Assembly (NCBI GenBank): GCA_044224705.1 | Contig: JBGAJY010000005.1 | Span: forward strand, 2,220-66,219 | DNA: 64,000 nt | Reading direction: 5' to 3' | Origin: Saprospiraceae bacterium | GTDB lineage: Bacteria; Bacteroidota; Bacteroidia; Chitinophagales; Saprospiraceae | Shown: in pieces, positions 24,042 to 33,280 of the stretch | How the letters are laid out: each line of letters begins with the position of its first letter | Numbering within the stretch: the first letter of the stretch is position 1 | Program-made: the position numbers and the translations under genes | The notes under the pieces: generated by a model | What the model was told of the DNA's origin: nothing | Seen by the model: only the letters and a program-made list of their open reading frames with translations | Database searches by the model: none

Positions 24042-24230
24042 ATGGCAAAGAAAAGCAAAGGCAATCGCATCCAGGTGATCCTGGAGTGCACCGAGCACAA
24101 GACCAGCGGTCTGCCCGGCACCTCACGCTATGTGACCCAGAAAAACCGCAAAAACACGCCGGAGCGCATCGAGTTGAAAAAATACAACCCGATCATGCGG
24201 AAATACACTGTGCACCGCGAAATCAAGTAA
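24042..24230 (+). CDS. rpmG: 50S ribosomal protein L33
   Basis: [20 protein letters not shown]...[32 protein letters not shown] is the canonical L33 sequence. Confidence 0.92.
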   Translation: MAKKSKGNRIQVILECTEHKTSGLPGTSRYVTQKNRKNTPERIELKKYNPIMRKYTVHREIK

Positions 24231-24256
24231 TTTCCACTTATTCAATCACTTAGGTC

Positions 24257-24436
24257 ATGGCAAAGAAAGTATCCAAGAACGCCCGTGTGGCCCAGCGTGC
24301 CGCCAACGCCGGCTCGGGTAAAGACCACGTGAAAGTGGTAAAAGCCGTCAAAGACCCGGTTACGGGTAAATACACGTACAAGCAAATGATCGTGCACAAA
24401 GACAAGGTGAAAGACTTTTTCGCCGACGTGAAATAA
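24257..24436 (+). CDS. DUF4295-family small basic protein (59 aa; below the ORF-track cutoff)
   Basis: My own translation is MAKKVSKNARVAQRAANAGSGKDHVKVVKAVKDPVTGKYTYKQMIVHKDKVKDFFADVK*. Its position directly after rpmG is the conserved Bacteroidota arrangement. Confidence 0.75.
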   Translation: MAKKVSKNARVAQRAANAGSGKDHVKVVKAVKDPVTGKYTYKQMIVHKDKVKDFFADVK

Positions 24437-24460
24437 GCGCGCGTTGCTGCCGCAATGCAA

Positions 24461-24497
24461 AAGGGGCGTACTTCCGGTTTCCGGGAGTACGCCCCTT
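24461..24497 (+). terminator. Intrinsic terminator of the rpmB-rpmG-DUF4295 operon
   Basis: AAGGGGCGTACTTCCGG-ttt-CCGGGAGTACGCCCCTT (one mismatch) followed by TCTTTTTC. Confidence 0.75.
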
Positions 24498-24507
24498 TCT
24501 TTTTCGC

Positions 24508-24673
24508 GCAGGCGTATACAGATGTTTCACGCAGACGTTCGCAGACCTTTCCGCAGACGACCGCAGACATTAAACTCATACGCTCACCACTTCCAGATTT
24601 TGCAGAAATATTTTCTGCGGTCGTCTGCGGAAAGGTCTGCGAACGTCTGCGTGAAACATCTGTATACGCCTGC
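24508..24673. repeat. Long perfect palindromic element (60-nt arms, 46-nt spacer)
   Basis: Arm 24508-24567 (gcaggcgtatacagatgtttcacgcagacgttcgcagacctttccgcagacgaccgcaga) is the exact reverse complement of 24614-24673. The arms contain four GCAGAC iterations. Confidence 0.95.
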
Positions 24674-24692
24674 GTGAAACATCTCCGCGGAA

Positions 24693-26624
24693 TTATTGCT
24701 TCGACAAGCGCCCGCTAAACACCTGCCCATCCACTTCTATCCGCCAGGCCAGGATGCCCGCCGGCATGGATTGAACGGGCAAGTCAATCAGTTGATAACC
24801 TGCGGTAAGCGACCGTTTTTCCTGCCAGACCTTTTTCCCGTTCGCATCAAACAATGCGAGTATTGCCTCCGCAGCTTCCTCCGTACGTAACCCGATTTGG
24901 GCGACCTGATCGCAAGGATTGGGAAAAGGCGCAAAAACTTGGATGGCCGTGGCGGCATTCGTGCCCGCAGGGGAAAAACGGAGCGCTAGGGAGTGTCTGG
25001 CTCCGGCGGGCGTATAGGCTTCGGGGGCAAGTTGCTGTGCATCCAGTTGGAGCGCTTCGGACAACAGGGTTGGCTGTAAAGCTTTGACTTTCAGTTCAAA
25101 AACAACATCCCGCTTGCTGATGGCGTGCTCCGAAGCATCAAACCAAACAGCGCGCAAACTGCCGTCCGGAGAGAGGTAAAAGTTGTCGTCGGGCAGATTG
25201 TCCACGCCTTCGATGGTCAACAGGCGCGGGTCGGAACGCAGGGCCAGCTGCCAGCCGCTCAGTTCGGCCTCGCTGTCCCAGCGGACGGGCACCACCGCCG
25301 TTTCCCCGGCTGCTAGCCAGCGGTCCGGCACATCGAGGGTCAGGGCTGAACGGTCTTCCACGTCGTCTCCAACGAAGGAAGCCGACAGGTTGGCATCGCC
25401 AATTTTGATACCCACAAAATTCAGGTTTTGATAGGCAATGTCGTCGTTCAGGCTGGCCAGCAGGATTTGATAAGTGTCTTTGACCGTGGATAACAAGCCG
25501 AAATCGGCCGGGTTAGGTACCGGACGTATAAATCGCCACGAGGTATTGGCCGGGAAGGAATCATAGATGCCCAGGAGTAGTTTGCGGGTCTCCACGATGT
25601 CGAAAGTAGTAACTGAATTGCTTTTGTTTACATCCGAGCCCAGCCATTGATAAATGTTGGTAAAAGGATCAACGCCTAAAATATGTTTGCTCATCAGCAC
25701 AAGATCGAACGTGGAAACGCCGGCTTTGGGATCGCCGAAGCGTTCGGCGCGCAGGGTGGCGCGGTACTGACCGCCAAAAGGCAATTGGGTGGCCATGAAC
25801 GAATAGCAGGAGTCGGTGGAAATTTTGGAGATGTTTTTGGTCACAGGCGGCTGCACCCCGGAAAGTGATTCCACTTTGCCGCGTACGGTATATTCGGTGA
25901 GTTTTTTGTTTCCGGCGCTGCGCGCGCAGCCGCTCATGCCGAGCTCGCCGTCGGGGTTGCATTCACAATCAGTGCCGTTCAGCTGCACGAGCACATAATT
26001 CTGGCAAATGTTCATGAGCCCGTTGCCGTCCTTGATCCATATTTCCACGAAATTCAGCCCGATGTCGCATTGGTTAAAGGTCACTGTGTCCTGGTTGGGA
26101 AATCCCGTGCCGGTACCTGCTTCGCGAATGCCGAACTGGAGTTGATTGTTCGGGGTGCAATTGTCCGAATAGGTCAGAACAAACTGGTCGGGCGTAAAAC
26201 TCGTCGTACAGGTAAGAGGGTCGATATTTTGTGTTAAACCATTGATACACAATAAATTCGGGGGTGTGCAGTCCTTTACGGTAAAGAGATAATTGCAATT
26301 GGCAACATTGCCGCAATTGTCCGAAGCGCGCCAGTAAATTCGGTGTGTGCCCTTCGGGAAAACGCCCATGCAGGTGTCGTTGGCCGAGGTGACCTCGATG
26401 CCGCCGTTGTTGTTCAGGTCAATTTTGTAGGAATAATCCACGTCGCTTCCAAAAAAGCATCCTGTGACGGCTTGCTCCGTCATCATCACGGTACCCTGCG
26501 TGCAACCGCCCGGGTCGATGCAAAAGGTCTGGTCCGAACAGGCGGAAATCCAGGTAATGGATTGGGCAGGCATACGGACCGCGAGTGCCGACAGCAAAAG
26601 CAGGCTAAGTGTAAACCGATTCAT
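24693..26624 (-). CDS. Secreted multidomain protein (HYR-like domain) with T9SS C-terminal sorting domain
   Basis: Signal MNRFTLSLLLLSALAVRMPAQS from ATG 26624. HYR-like 'FPKGTHRIYWRASDNCGNVANCNYLFTVKDCTPPNLLC'. C-terminus 'FPNPCDQVAQIGL...LFDANGKKV...MPAGILAWRIEVDGQVFSGRLSKQ'. Confidence 0.65.
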   Translation of the reverse strand: MNRFTLSLLLLSALAVRMPAQSITWISACSDQTFCIDPGGCTQGTVMMTEQAVTGCFFGSDVDYSYKIDLNNNGGIEVTSANDTCMGVFPKGTHRIYWRASDNCGNVANCNYLFTVKDCTPPNLLCINGLTQNIDPLTCTTSFTPDQFVLTYSDNCTPNNQLQFGIREAGTGTGFPNQDTVTFNQCDIGLNFVEIWIKDGNGLMNICQNYVLVQLNGTDCECNPDGELGMSGCARSAGNKKLTEYTVRGKVESLSGVQPPVTKNISKISTDSCYSFMATQLPFGGQYRATLRAERFGDPKAGVSTFDLVLMSKHILGVDPFTNIYQWLGSDVNKSNSVTTFDIVETRKLLLGIYDSFPANTSWRFIRPVPNPADFGLLSTVKDTYQILLASLNDDIAYQNLNFVGIKIGDANLSASFVGDDVEDRSALTLDVPDRWLAAGETAVVPVRWDSEAELSGWQLALRSDPRLLTIEGVDNLPDDNFYLSPDGSLRAVWFDASEHAISKRDVVFELKVKALQPTLLSEALQLDAQQLAPEAYTPAGARHSLALRFSPAGTNAATAIQVFAPFPNPCDQVAQIGLRTEEAAEAILALFDANGKKVWQEKRSLTAGYQLIDLPVQSMPAGILAWRIEVDGQVFSGRLSKQ

Positions 26625-26755
26625 GCGATGGGATGGACTTTTTGACAACGATCAGTCTGGTCGACTATGGCAATTTGATTTTACTGCAAAAATTGAACCC
26701 TTTCCGACGGTTCTGTCGAAAAGGGTTCCAAAAAAATGAGTTTTGACCAATCGCG

Positions 26756-28237
26756 CTATGCAGCAGCCTTGCTGTGCCTGCTTTTTTGCCAATAATAAAC
26801 AGGAATGCCCAGTAACACGATCGCTACGCCCGGCCAGGTGTTTTCAGGTGCTGTGAACAACAAAATGGCACAAACTGCCCCCGCCAGTACAATGTACAGG
26901 ATGGGCAAAAATGGATAAGCAAACACCCGGTACGGCCGTTCGGCATCCGGCTCCTTGCGGCGCAGGATAAAAATGCCGCCGATGGTGACCATGTAAAAAA
27001 GCAGGGACGCAAAGGTGCAGTACGTCAGCAAGGCGCCATAAGTGCCTGACAAACAGAGGACACTGGCCCATGCCGCCTGCGCTGCGAGGGCAAAGCCCGG
27101 TACATCGTGACGGTTCAGGGTGCCTGCTTTCTTCAGGAATAAACCTTCCTGGGCCATCACGTAATACACTCGTGCGCCGGCCAGTATCAGGCCGTTGTTG
27201 CAGCCAAAAGTGGAGACCATGATAAGTCCTGCCATGATGGCTGCCGAGAGTCCGCCGAAGATCATGGAGCCTGCGGCGGTGCCCACCCGGTCGTTGGTGA
27301 TGCCGTTGGCATAGCCCGCAAACTGGATGCCCTGGCCCGTGGCGTCCACTGCCGACGGGTCGCCGTGCAGCGGCAAAAGGGCGAGGTAGGCGATATTAGC
27401 CATCAGGTACAGGGCAGTCACGATACACACGCCGAACAGCAGGCTGAGCGGGATATTGCGGCGTGGGTTTTTCATTTCCCCGGCCACAAAAGTCACGTTG
27501 TTCCAGGCATCGCTGGCGAACAGGGGCCCGATCAGGGCGGTGCCAAAGGCCATCAGTAACCCGAAGCCGACCAGCGGACTGGTGACCCATTGGCCGTTCT
27601 GAAGGCTGGTTTGGGTGGCTTGCCAGGGTGCCTGCCAGTTTTGAGCGAACGTGTCGGTTTGCAAGCCCACGGCCAGGCCGAGTACGATCAGGGCCAGCAG
27701 GGCCAGCAATTTTGCCGAAGTAAAGACCAGTTGGATGGTTTTTCCCGCCTGCAGGCCTCGGCTGTTCACCAGGGTGAGCAGGCCGATCATGGCAATGGCA
27801 AAGAGCTGTCCCGCTGAAATGGTAAAACTGCCGATTTGCAAGAGCACGTTTTGCGGGCCCAGCACCGGGAAAAAATAGGCCGTGTATTTGGCAAAAGCCA
27901 CGGCCACGGCCGCGATCGTCCCAGTTTGAATGACGGTGAAGACCGTCCAGCCATACAAAAAGGCCGGAAGCTGGCCGTACGCCCGCTCAATATACACGAA
28001 CTGGCCGCCCGCTTTGGGCATCATACCCGCCAGCTCGCCGTAGCTCAGAGCCGCCATGATGGTAACGACACCGGCCACCAGCCACAACAACAGCATCCAG
28101 CCCGAAGAACCTACCATGCGGGCACAATCGGCGCTGACGATAAATATCCCGGATCCGATCATGCCGCCGGCGACGAGCATCGCGCCGTCGAGCAGTCCAA
28201 GAGAGCGTTGTAATTGGTGCTCGTTCGGATCAGCCAT
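26756..28237 (-). CDS. APC-superfamily amino-acid permease
   Basis: 12-TM profile. 'GSGIFIVSA', 'ELAGMMPKAGGQFVY' and 'EMKNPRRNIP' are typical APC signatures. Confidence 0.85.
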   Translation of the reverse strand: MADPNEHQLQRSLGLLDGAMLVAGGMIGSGIFIVSADCARMVGSSGWMLLLWLVAGVVTIMAALSYGELAGMMPKAGGQFVYIERAYGQLPAFLYGWTVFTVIQTGTIAAVAVAFAKYTAYFFPVLGPQNVLLQIGSFTISAGQLFAIAMIGLLTLVNSRGLQAGKTIQLVFTSAKLLALLALIVLGLAVGLQTDTFAQNWQAPWQATQTSLQNGQWVTSPLVGFGLLMAFGTALIGPLFASDAWNNVTFVAGEMKNPRRNIPLSLLFGVCIVTALYLMANIAYLALLPLHGDPSAVDATGQGIQFAGYANGITNDRVGTAAGSMIFGGLSAAIMAGLIMVSTFGCNNGLILAGARVYYVMAQEGLFLKKAGTLNRHDVPGFALAAQAAWASVLCLSGTYGALLTYCTFASLLFYMVTIGGIFILRRKEPDAERPYRVFAYPFLPILYIVLAGAVCAILLFTAPENTWPGVAIVLLGIPVYYWQKSRHSKAAA

Positions 28238-29726
28238 TGTTCTGGTTTTGAAGCTTGCTGTGGAATCGGCTGTACGTAAAGTAAATCACGAGGCCGATCA
28301 CCATCCAAATAGCAGCGGTCAGCTGGGTTTGTGCATCCAGACCGTAAATCATGGCCGCACAAACGATGATGCCCAGAATAGGCACCAGTGGCACCAGCGG
28401 CGTGCGGAAGGGGCGTGGCGTAACCGGATCGGCGCGACGCATGATCCATACGCCGGCACTCACGAGTACAAAGGCGAACAGGGTGCCGATACTCGTCAGG
28501 TTGCCCGCAACAAAACCAGGAACGAAAGCCGCGAACAATCCAACAAAGACAAACAGAATCCAGTTCGATTTGTATGGCGTGCGGTACACCGGGTGCACTT
28601 CGGAAAATGCCTTGGGCAACAAACCGTCGTTCGACATGGAATAAAACACGCGGCTTTGCCCCAAAAGCATCACAAGGATGACGGAGGAAAAGCCTGCCAG
28701 GATAGCTACGGTTACCAGTGTGGCCAACCAGCCATACCCCGTCATCGCTTTTGATATGGCATAGGCCACGGAGGCTTCGCGCCCTTCGCGAACGAAATCC
28801 GTATAGGGAACCAGACCCGTCAGGACGTGCGAAAACAAAATGTACAACAGCGTACATACGAACAGCGAACCGAGGATGCCAATTGGCATGTCGCGGCTCG
28901 GGTTTTTGGCCTCCTGCGCTGCCGTAGAAACGGCATCAAAACCGATGAACGCAAAAAATACGATGCCTGCGCCCGCCAAAACACCGCCCCACCCATGCCG
29001 GAAAGCATCAGCGTAGCTGTACGGCGTGCCGTCGGGCTGGACGGCATCCGGCGCGTCGGCCGGGATCATGTACGGCGTATGGAACGCAGGGTTGATGAAT
29101 TTCCAGCCCAGGAAAATGAACATCAGCACAATGGCTACTTTGATAAAAACGATGACGGCGTTCACTGCGGCCGAACCCTTCGTGCCGCGGATCAGCAGCA
29201 TGGTTAATGCCAGCAAGATGACCAGCGCAGGTACGTTCATAATGCCCGTGTGCATGGTGCCATTTATCAGCGCCGATTCGAACGGCGAATGACACCACTC
29301 GTAGGGTATTGCACCTCCGAGCAATAGATTTAGATATTCACTCCAGGCAATGGAAACGGTAGCGGCGCCCAGTGCATATTCGAGCACCAGGGCCCAGCCG
29401 ATGATCCAGGCGACCATCTCGCCCATCGTTGTGTAAGCATACGTATAAGCGCTTCCGGCGATGGGGATCATGCTGGCAAATTCTGCATAGCAGAGCCCCG
29501 CAAACAAACATCCGAGCGCTGCAATCAAAAATGAAATGGTGACGGCCGAACCGGCATGACCGCCGGCGGCAGCCGCCGTACGCACAAACAAGCCTGCGCC
29601 AATGATCGCGCCGATCCCCAGGGCGATAAGATTGTATGCGCCGAGGGTGCGTTTGAGGCTTTTTTCCGAGTCGCCGGCTTGGGCCAGCAACTGCGACAAG
29701 GGCTTTTTCGCCCAAAGATTTGCCAT
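28230..29726 (-). CDS. APC-superfamily amino-acid permease (cationic amino-acid transporter-like)
   Basis: 'GIGAIIGAGLFV', 'CYAEFASMIPIAGSAYTY' and 'QEAKNPSRDMPIGI'. ATG 29726 (MANLWAKKPL) is preferred over track start 29903. 8-nt overlap with the downstream permease. Confidence 0.85.
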   Translation of the reverse strand: MANLWAKKPLSQLLAQAGDSEKSLKRTLGAYNLIALGIGAIIGAGLFVRTAAAAGGHAGSAVTISFLIAALGCLFAGLCYAEFASMIPIAGSAYTYAYTTMGEMVAWIIGWALVLEYALGAATVSIAWSEYLNLLLGGAIPYEWCHSPFESALINGTMHTGIMNVPALVILLALTMLLIRGTKGSAAVNAVIVFIKVAIVLMFIFLGWKFINPAFHTPYMIPADAPDAVQPDGTPYSYADAFRHGWGGVLAGAGIVFFAFIGFDAVSTAAQEAKNPSRDMPIGILGSLFVCTLLYILFSHVLTGLVPYTDFVREGREASVAYAISKAMTGYGWLATLVTVAILAGFSSVILVMLLGQSRVFYSMSNDGLLPKAFSEVHPVYRTPYKSNWILFVFVGLFAAFVPGFVAGNLTSIGTLFAFVLVSAGVWIMRRADPVTPRPFRTPLVPLVPILGIIVCAAMIYGLDAQTQLTAAIWMVIGLVIYFTYSRFHSKLQNQNNG

Positions 29727-29956
29727 AGGGTAGTTGTAAAATTTTAGTTCATGAAGAAGATTGTCCAGCGACGAGGGTCGCGTTTTTGTGGCGGGAAAGA
29801 TAGCATGGATTTTGAAATCGACATTTTTCATGGCGGCTTTTCCACCATCAGCCAATTTTTCTCTTTTCGCAACAACCGAAAGGAAACGGCAATTTTCCCG
29901 CACCTGCGTTGCGGGTTTTCCGGCACTTTTGTGCGCCGAAACTGCGTTTCCCAGAG

Positions 29957-30640
29957 ATGACTGTTTTTATTTCCCGCGAGCTTTCTCCCGATTCGGATTT
30001 CCGGCGCATCCTCACAACCGCCGGCTGGCAGCCCCGCGGGATGTCGCTGGTGAACCTTACTCCGCTGGATTTCGATCTCCCGGCAGAGCCGCCGGACTGG
30101 GTGTTTTTTGCGAGCGCGTTTGGGGTGAAGTGTTTTTTTGAAGGGACGGGCAGTTCATCTCCGGAAGGCATATTTGGAAATCTTGTTCGCTTCGCCGCCC
30201 TCGGCCCCGCCACAGCCGCCGCCCTTTCCCAATACATCCCTGAAATCCACTTCGTCGGTACCGGCGATCCGGGGTTGACAGCTGCGGAATTTCTTTCCCT
30301 GGCAAAAGGTCAAACCATACTTTTCCCGGCGGCAGTGAACTCCCGGCGCAGCGTGGCGGATTTGTTGGAAGAGTATTGCACGGTGTCGCACCTGCCGGTT
30401 TATGAGAATACGCCGCTGTCCGGAGCACCATTTCTGCCGGAAGATGTGCTGGTGTTTACCAGCCCGATGAATGCACAGGCATATTTGTCCAGACACCGCC
30501 CGGAGCAGAAACAGACACTGATCGCCATCGGCGCCACGACCGCACAGACGTTCCGTGCATTTGGCGTGAGCGACTTTATGATCAGCCCGGAAGCCAGTGA
30601 AGCCGCATTGGCAGAATCTGTGCTGCGCAGCAGGACTTGA
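29957..30640 (+). CDS. hemD: Uroporphyrinogen-III synthase (HemD family)
   Basis: ~227 aa from ATG 29957. Duplicated flavodoxin-like halves with 'WVFFASAFGV' and 'VLVFTSPMNAQAY' (the 'xFTSxNxV' HemD pattern). Confidence 0.6.
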   Translation: MTVFISRELSPDSDFRRILTTAGWQPRGMSLVNLTPLDFDLPAEPPDWVFFASAFGVKCFFEGTGSSSPEGIFGNLVRFAALGPATAAALSQYIPEIHFVGTGDPGLTAAEFLSLAKGQTILFPAAVNSRRSVADLLEEYCTVSHLPVYENTPLSGAPFLPEDVLVFTSPMNAQAYLSRHRPEQKQTLIAIGATTAQTFRAFGVSDFMISPEASEAALAESVLRSRT

Positions 30641-30681
30641 AAACGCTATTTTTGCCCTCGCTTAAAACAGGCAACAGCAAA

Positions 30682-32730
30682 ATGGCGAAAAAACCCACAT
30701 ATTCGAAGTCCTCCCAAAGACCGCAATCCAAACCCCAGGCGCGTTCCACAACCATCCGTCTGACCGAACACGCCTCCCGCTGGGAGCCCGCCGGATGGCT
30801 GTGGTATGCTCTGATTGCGTTGGCAATCACAGCATTGTGTTACATTCCTTCTTTGAAGAACGGCTTTGTCAATTGGGACGACGACCCGAACATTACGGAG
30901 AATCCGAACCTGACCCACGTGGGCAACGGACAACCCTGGGGCGAGACGATCAGCAATATTTTCAGCATCGAAAAAGGAGCGGTAATCGGCAACTATAACC
31001 CCCTGCCCATCCTCACTTTTGCCATCGAGAAGTCCATAGGCAAGGGTAACCAGGACCCCTGGCTCGTGCATTTCGACAATTTGCTGCTGCATTTGCTCAC
31101 CGTATTTTTTGCCTTCCGGCTCCTGACACACCTCGGCATCGGCCGATTGGGCGCTTTGGCCGGCGGACTGCTGTTTGGCATACACCCGATGCGGGTAGAG
31201 TCGGTCGCCTGGGCAACGGAGCGCAAGGACGTGCTGTTTGCCATGTTCTTTTTTGCCGCGCTGATGTATTATGTCCGATGGGTGAAAACGGAGGAACAAA
31301 GCAAAAAAACGGGCCTTTACGTCGGCATGCTGGTGCTGGCCTTGTTGTCGCTGTTTTCAAAAGTGCAGGCAGTCACCCTGCCCCTGTCGATGCTGGCCAT
31401 CGATTACCTGCTGCGCAGGCCATTTTCCGTAAAAACGGTCATCGTGGAAAAACTGCCGTTCTGGCTGCTTTCCCTGGCATTCGGTCTGATCAACCTGTAC
31501 ACCCTCAAATTGCAGGGCTCGACTAACGACGACATCACCAATTTCAACATATTCGACCGGCTTTGCATCGGGGCGTATTCGTTCTGTGTGTACCTGTTCA
31601 AACTGGTGGTGCCGTACCCGATGTCGCCCTTGTACCCTTATCCCAAACCCCTGCCCCCGCAGGTGTACGCGGCGCCGCTGCTCTTCGCAGCCATCTGGGT
31701 AGGTGTGTACTGGCTGTTCCGTAAAGAGCGCCGCATGCTGGTTTTCGGGGTGCTGTTCTTTTTTCTCAACGTCATGTTCCTGCTCCAGGTGCTCGGCGCC
31801 GGGCAGGGCTACCTGGCCGACCGCTTCACTTATGTGCCTTATTTCGGCTTTTTTGCAATCGTGGCATGGCTGGTCGACCGCTACGGAACGCAGGAGGGTA
31901 CTCGAACAGCAATGCTGGGCGGGCTGGGCGTCATCTTGGCCGCTTACGGCGTTTGGACGGTGCGGCAAATTGCCGTCTGGGAAAACGGTGAAACACTTTG
32001 GTCGCACGTGATCAAATATGAAGGCAAGTCCAATTCCTTGCCGTACTGGAACCGCGGACAGTATTACCGCTCCAAAGGGGACTACGCCAAATCCCTGCAG
32101 GATTACTCACAGGCCGTCACGATCAATCCGAAAAACCCCGAGCTGTTCAACAGTCGCGGGAAAACCTATTTCGACATGGCTATGTCTGGAAAATACCCCA
32201 AGCAGGAAGCCGAATACGTGCAAAAAGCCATGGACGACTATAACGCTGCACTGCAAAACACCGACAAAGCCAAGCCAAAACAGCGCGCGGAGGTTCTTAT
32301 AAACCGTGGCGCAGCGCTCGGCGCGCAGAAAAACTTCCCCATGGCGCTCAAAGACCTGAACGAAGGCATCGGTCTCGACCCGACCAATGAGAACGGTTAC
32401 CTGAACCGCTCACTCGTTTATTTCAACCTGGGGAAATACGAAGAGACCATCGCCGACTATACTTCCTACCTCAAATACGACCCTAAAAACGCGAATATCC
32501 ACTACGAACGCGGCATGTTGCGGCGCAGCATGAACCGCAACCAGGAGGCCATTGAAGACCTGACCACGGCCATCAAACTCGATCCGTCCCTCGCATTGGC
32601 TTACCTCGAACGTGCCCGGGCTTACGCCCAGGCAGGCAACCACGCGTCTGCCCAACAGGACTATCAGCGCGCCCAGCAGTTCAAAATACAACTTACCCCG
32701 CGGGATATGGAGTTGATGAACGGGAAGTAA
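30682..32730 (+). CDS. Membrane protein with PMT/TMTC-like glycosyltransferase N-terminal domain and C-terminal TPR repeats
   Basis: About 10 TM helices. 'NGFVNWDDDPNITENP' loop (DD motif) and 'HPMRVESVAWATERKDVL'. At least 6 TPR units in the last ~250 aa. ATG 30682. Confidence 0.7.
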   Translation: MAKKPTYSKSSQRPQSKPQARSTTIRLTEHASRWEPAGWLWYALIALAITALCYIPSLKNGFVNWDDDPNITENPNLTHVGNGQPWGETISNIFSIEKGAVIGNYNPLPILTFAIEKSIGKGNQDPWLVHFDNLLLHLLTVFFAFRLLTHLGIGRLGALAGGLLFGIHPMRVESVAWATERKDVLFAMFFFAALMYYVRWVKTEEQSKKTGLYVGMLVLALLSLFSKVQAVTLPLSMLAIDYLLRRPFSVKTVIVEKLPFWLLSLAFGLINLYTLKLQGSTNDDITNFNIFDRLCIGAYSFCVYLFKLVVPYPMSPLYPYPKPLPPQVYAAPLLFAAIWVGVYWLFRKERRMLVFGVLFFFLNVMFLLQVLGAGQGYLADRFTYVPYFGFFAIVAWLVDRYGTQEGTRTAMLGGLGVILAAYGVWTVRQIAVWENGETLWSHVIKYEGKSNSLPYWNRGQYYRSKGDYAKSLQDYSQAVTINPKNPELFNSRGKTYFDMAMSGKYPKQEAEYVQKAMDDYNAALQNTDKAKPKQRAEVLINRGAALGAQKNFPMALKDLNEGIGLDPTNENGYLNRSLVYFNLGKYEETIADYTSYLKYDPKNANIHYERGMLRRSMNRNQEAIEDLTTAIKLDPSLALAYLERARAYAQAGNHASAQQDYQRAQQFKIQLTPRDMELMNGK

Positions 32731-32805
32731 AGGGCAAGAGGCAAAGGGCAAGGGGCAAAAGGCAAGAGGCAAAGGGCAAGAGGCAAAGGGCAGAAGGCGA
32801 GGGGC
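32731..32805. repeat. Tandem 14-nt array (AGGGCAAGAGGCAA-type, ~5 units), inverted partner of 33201-33280
   Basis: agggcaagaggcaa agggcaaggggcaa aaggcaagaggcaa agggcaagaggcaa agggcagaaggcga ggggc, starting 1 nt after the TPR gene stop. Confidence 0.92.
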
Positions 32806-32832
32806 TTATAAGAAAAAGCAAATGAGTGATTT

Positions 32833-33198
32833 ATGGCAGCAACAAATTTCAAGGAACTGAGTGCTTACAGGAAAGCATTCGATCTGGCTATGCAGGTATT
32901 CGAAATTTCAAAGAGATTTCCGAAAGAAGAGACTTACTCACTTACCGACCAGATCCGCCGGTCTTCAAGAGCAGTTTGTGCTAATTTATCAGAGGCATTT
33001 CGCAAAAAAAGGTACCCTTTGCACTTCATATCCAAATGCACGGACAGTGATGCAGAAAATTCTGAAACACAGGTTTGGCTGGATTTTGCTTTGAAATGTA
33101 ATTATTTATCGCACAACGAGTATCAAGCACTTCACACCGAATCTGAGGAAATTGGCCGCTTGTTGCATCATATGATTTACAATCCCGATAAATATTAA
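32833..33198 (+). CDS. Four-helix-bundle protein (23S rRNA intervening-sequence protein family)
   Basis: 'AYRKAFDLAMQVFEISKRFPKEETYSLTDQIRRSSRAVCANLSEAFRKK...E..VWLDFALKCNYLS..EYQAL..E.EEIGRLLHHMI' is the hallmark pattern of this family. 121 aa. Confidence 0.85.
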   Translation: MAATNFKELSAYRKAFDLAMQVFEISKRFPKEETYSLTDQIRRSSRAVCANLSEAFRKKRYPLHFISKCTDSDAENSETQVWLDFALKCNYLSHNEYQALHTESEEIGRLLHHMIYNPDKY

Positions 33199-33200
33199 TT

Positions 33201-33280
33201 TTTGCCCCTTGCCTTTTGCCCCTTGCCTTTTGCCCCTTGCCTTTTGCCCCTTGCCTTTTGCCCCTTGCCTTTTGCCCCTT
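33201..33280. repeat. Tandem 14-nt array (TTTTGCCCCTTGCC, ~5.7 units), reverse complement of the 32731-32805 unit
   Basis: tttgccccttgcc followed by (ttttgccccttgcc) repeated about five times, starting 3 nt after the four-helix-bundle stop and touching the stop of the convergent GT2 gene. Confidence 0.92.

Noticed and set aside
24250-24718. ORFs 24250-24579 (minus), 24444-24677 and 24455-24718 (plus) across the ribosomal-operon downstream region.
   Set aside because: They are mirror-image translations of the 60-bp palindrome and terminator. The first also overlaps the DUF4295 gene in antisense.
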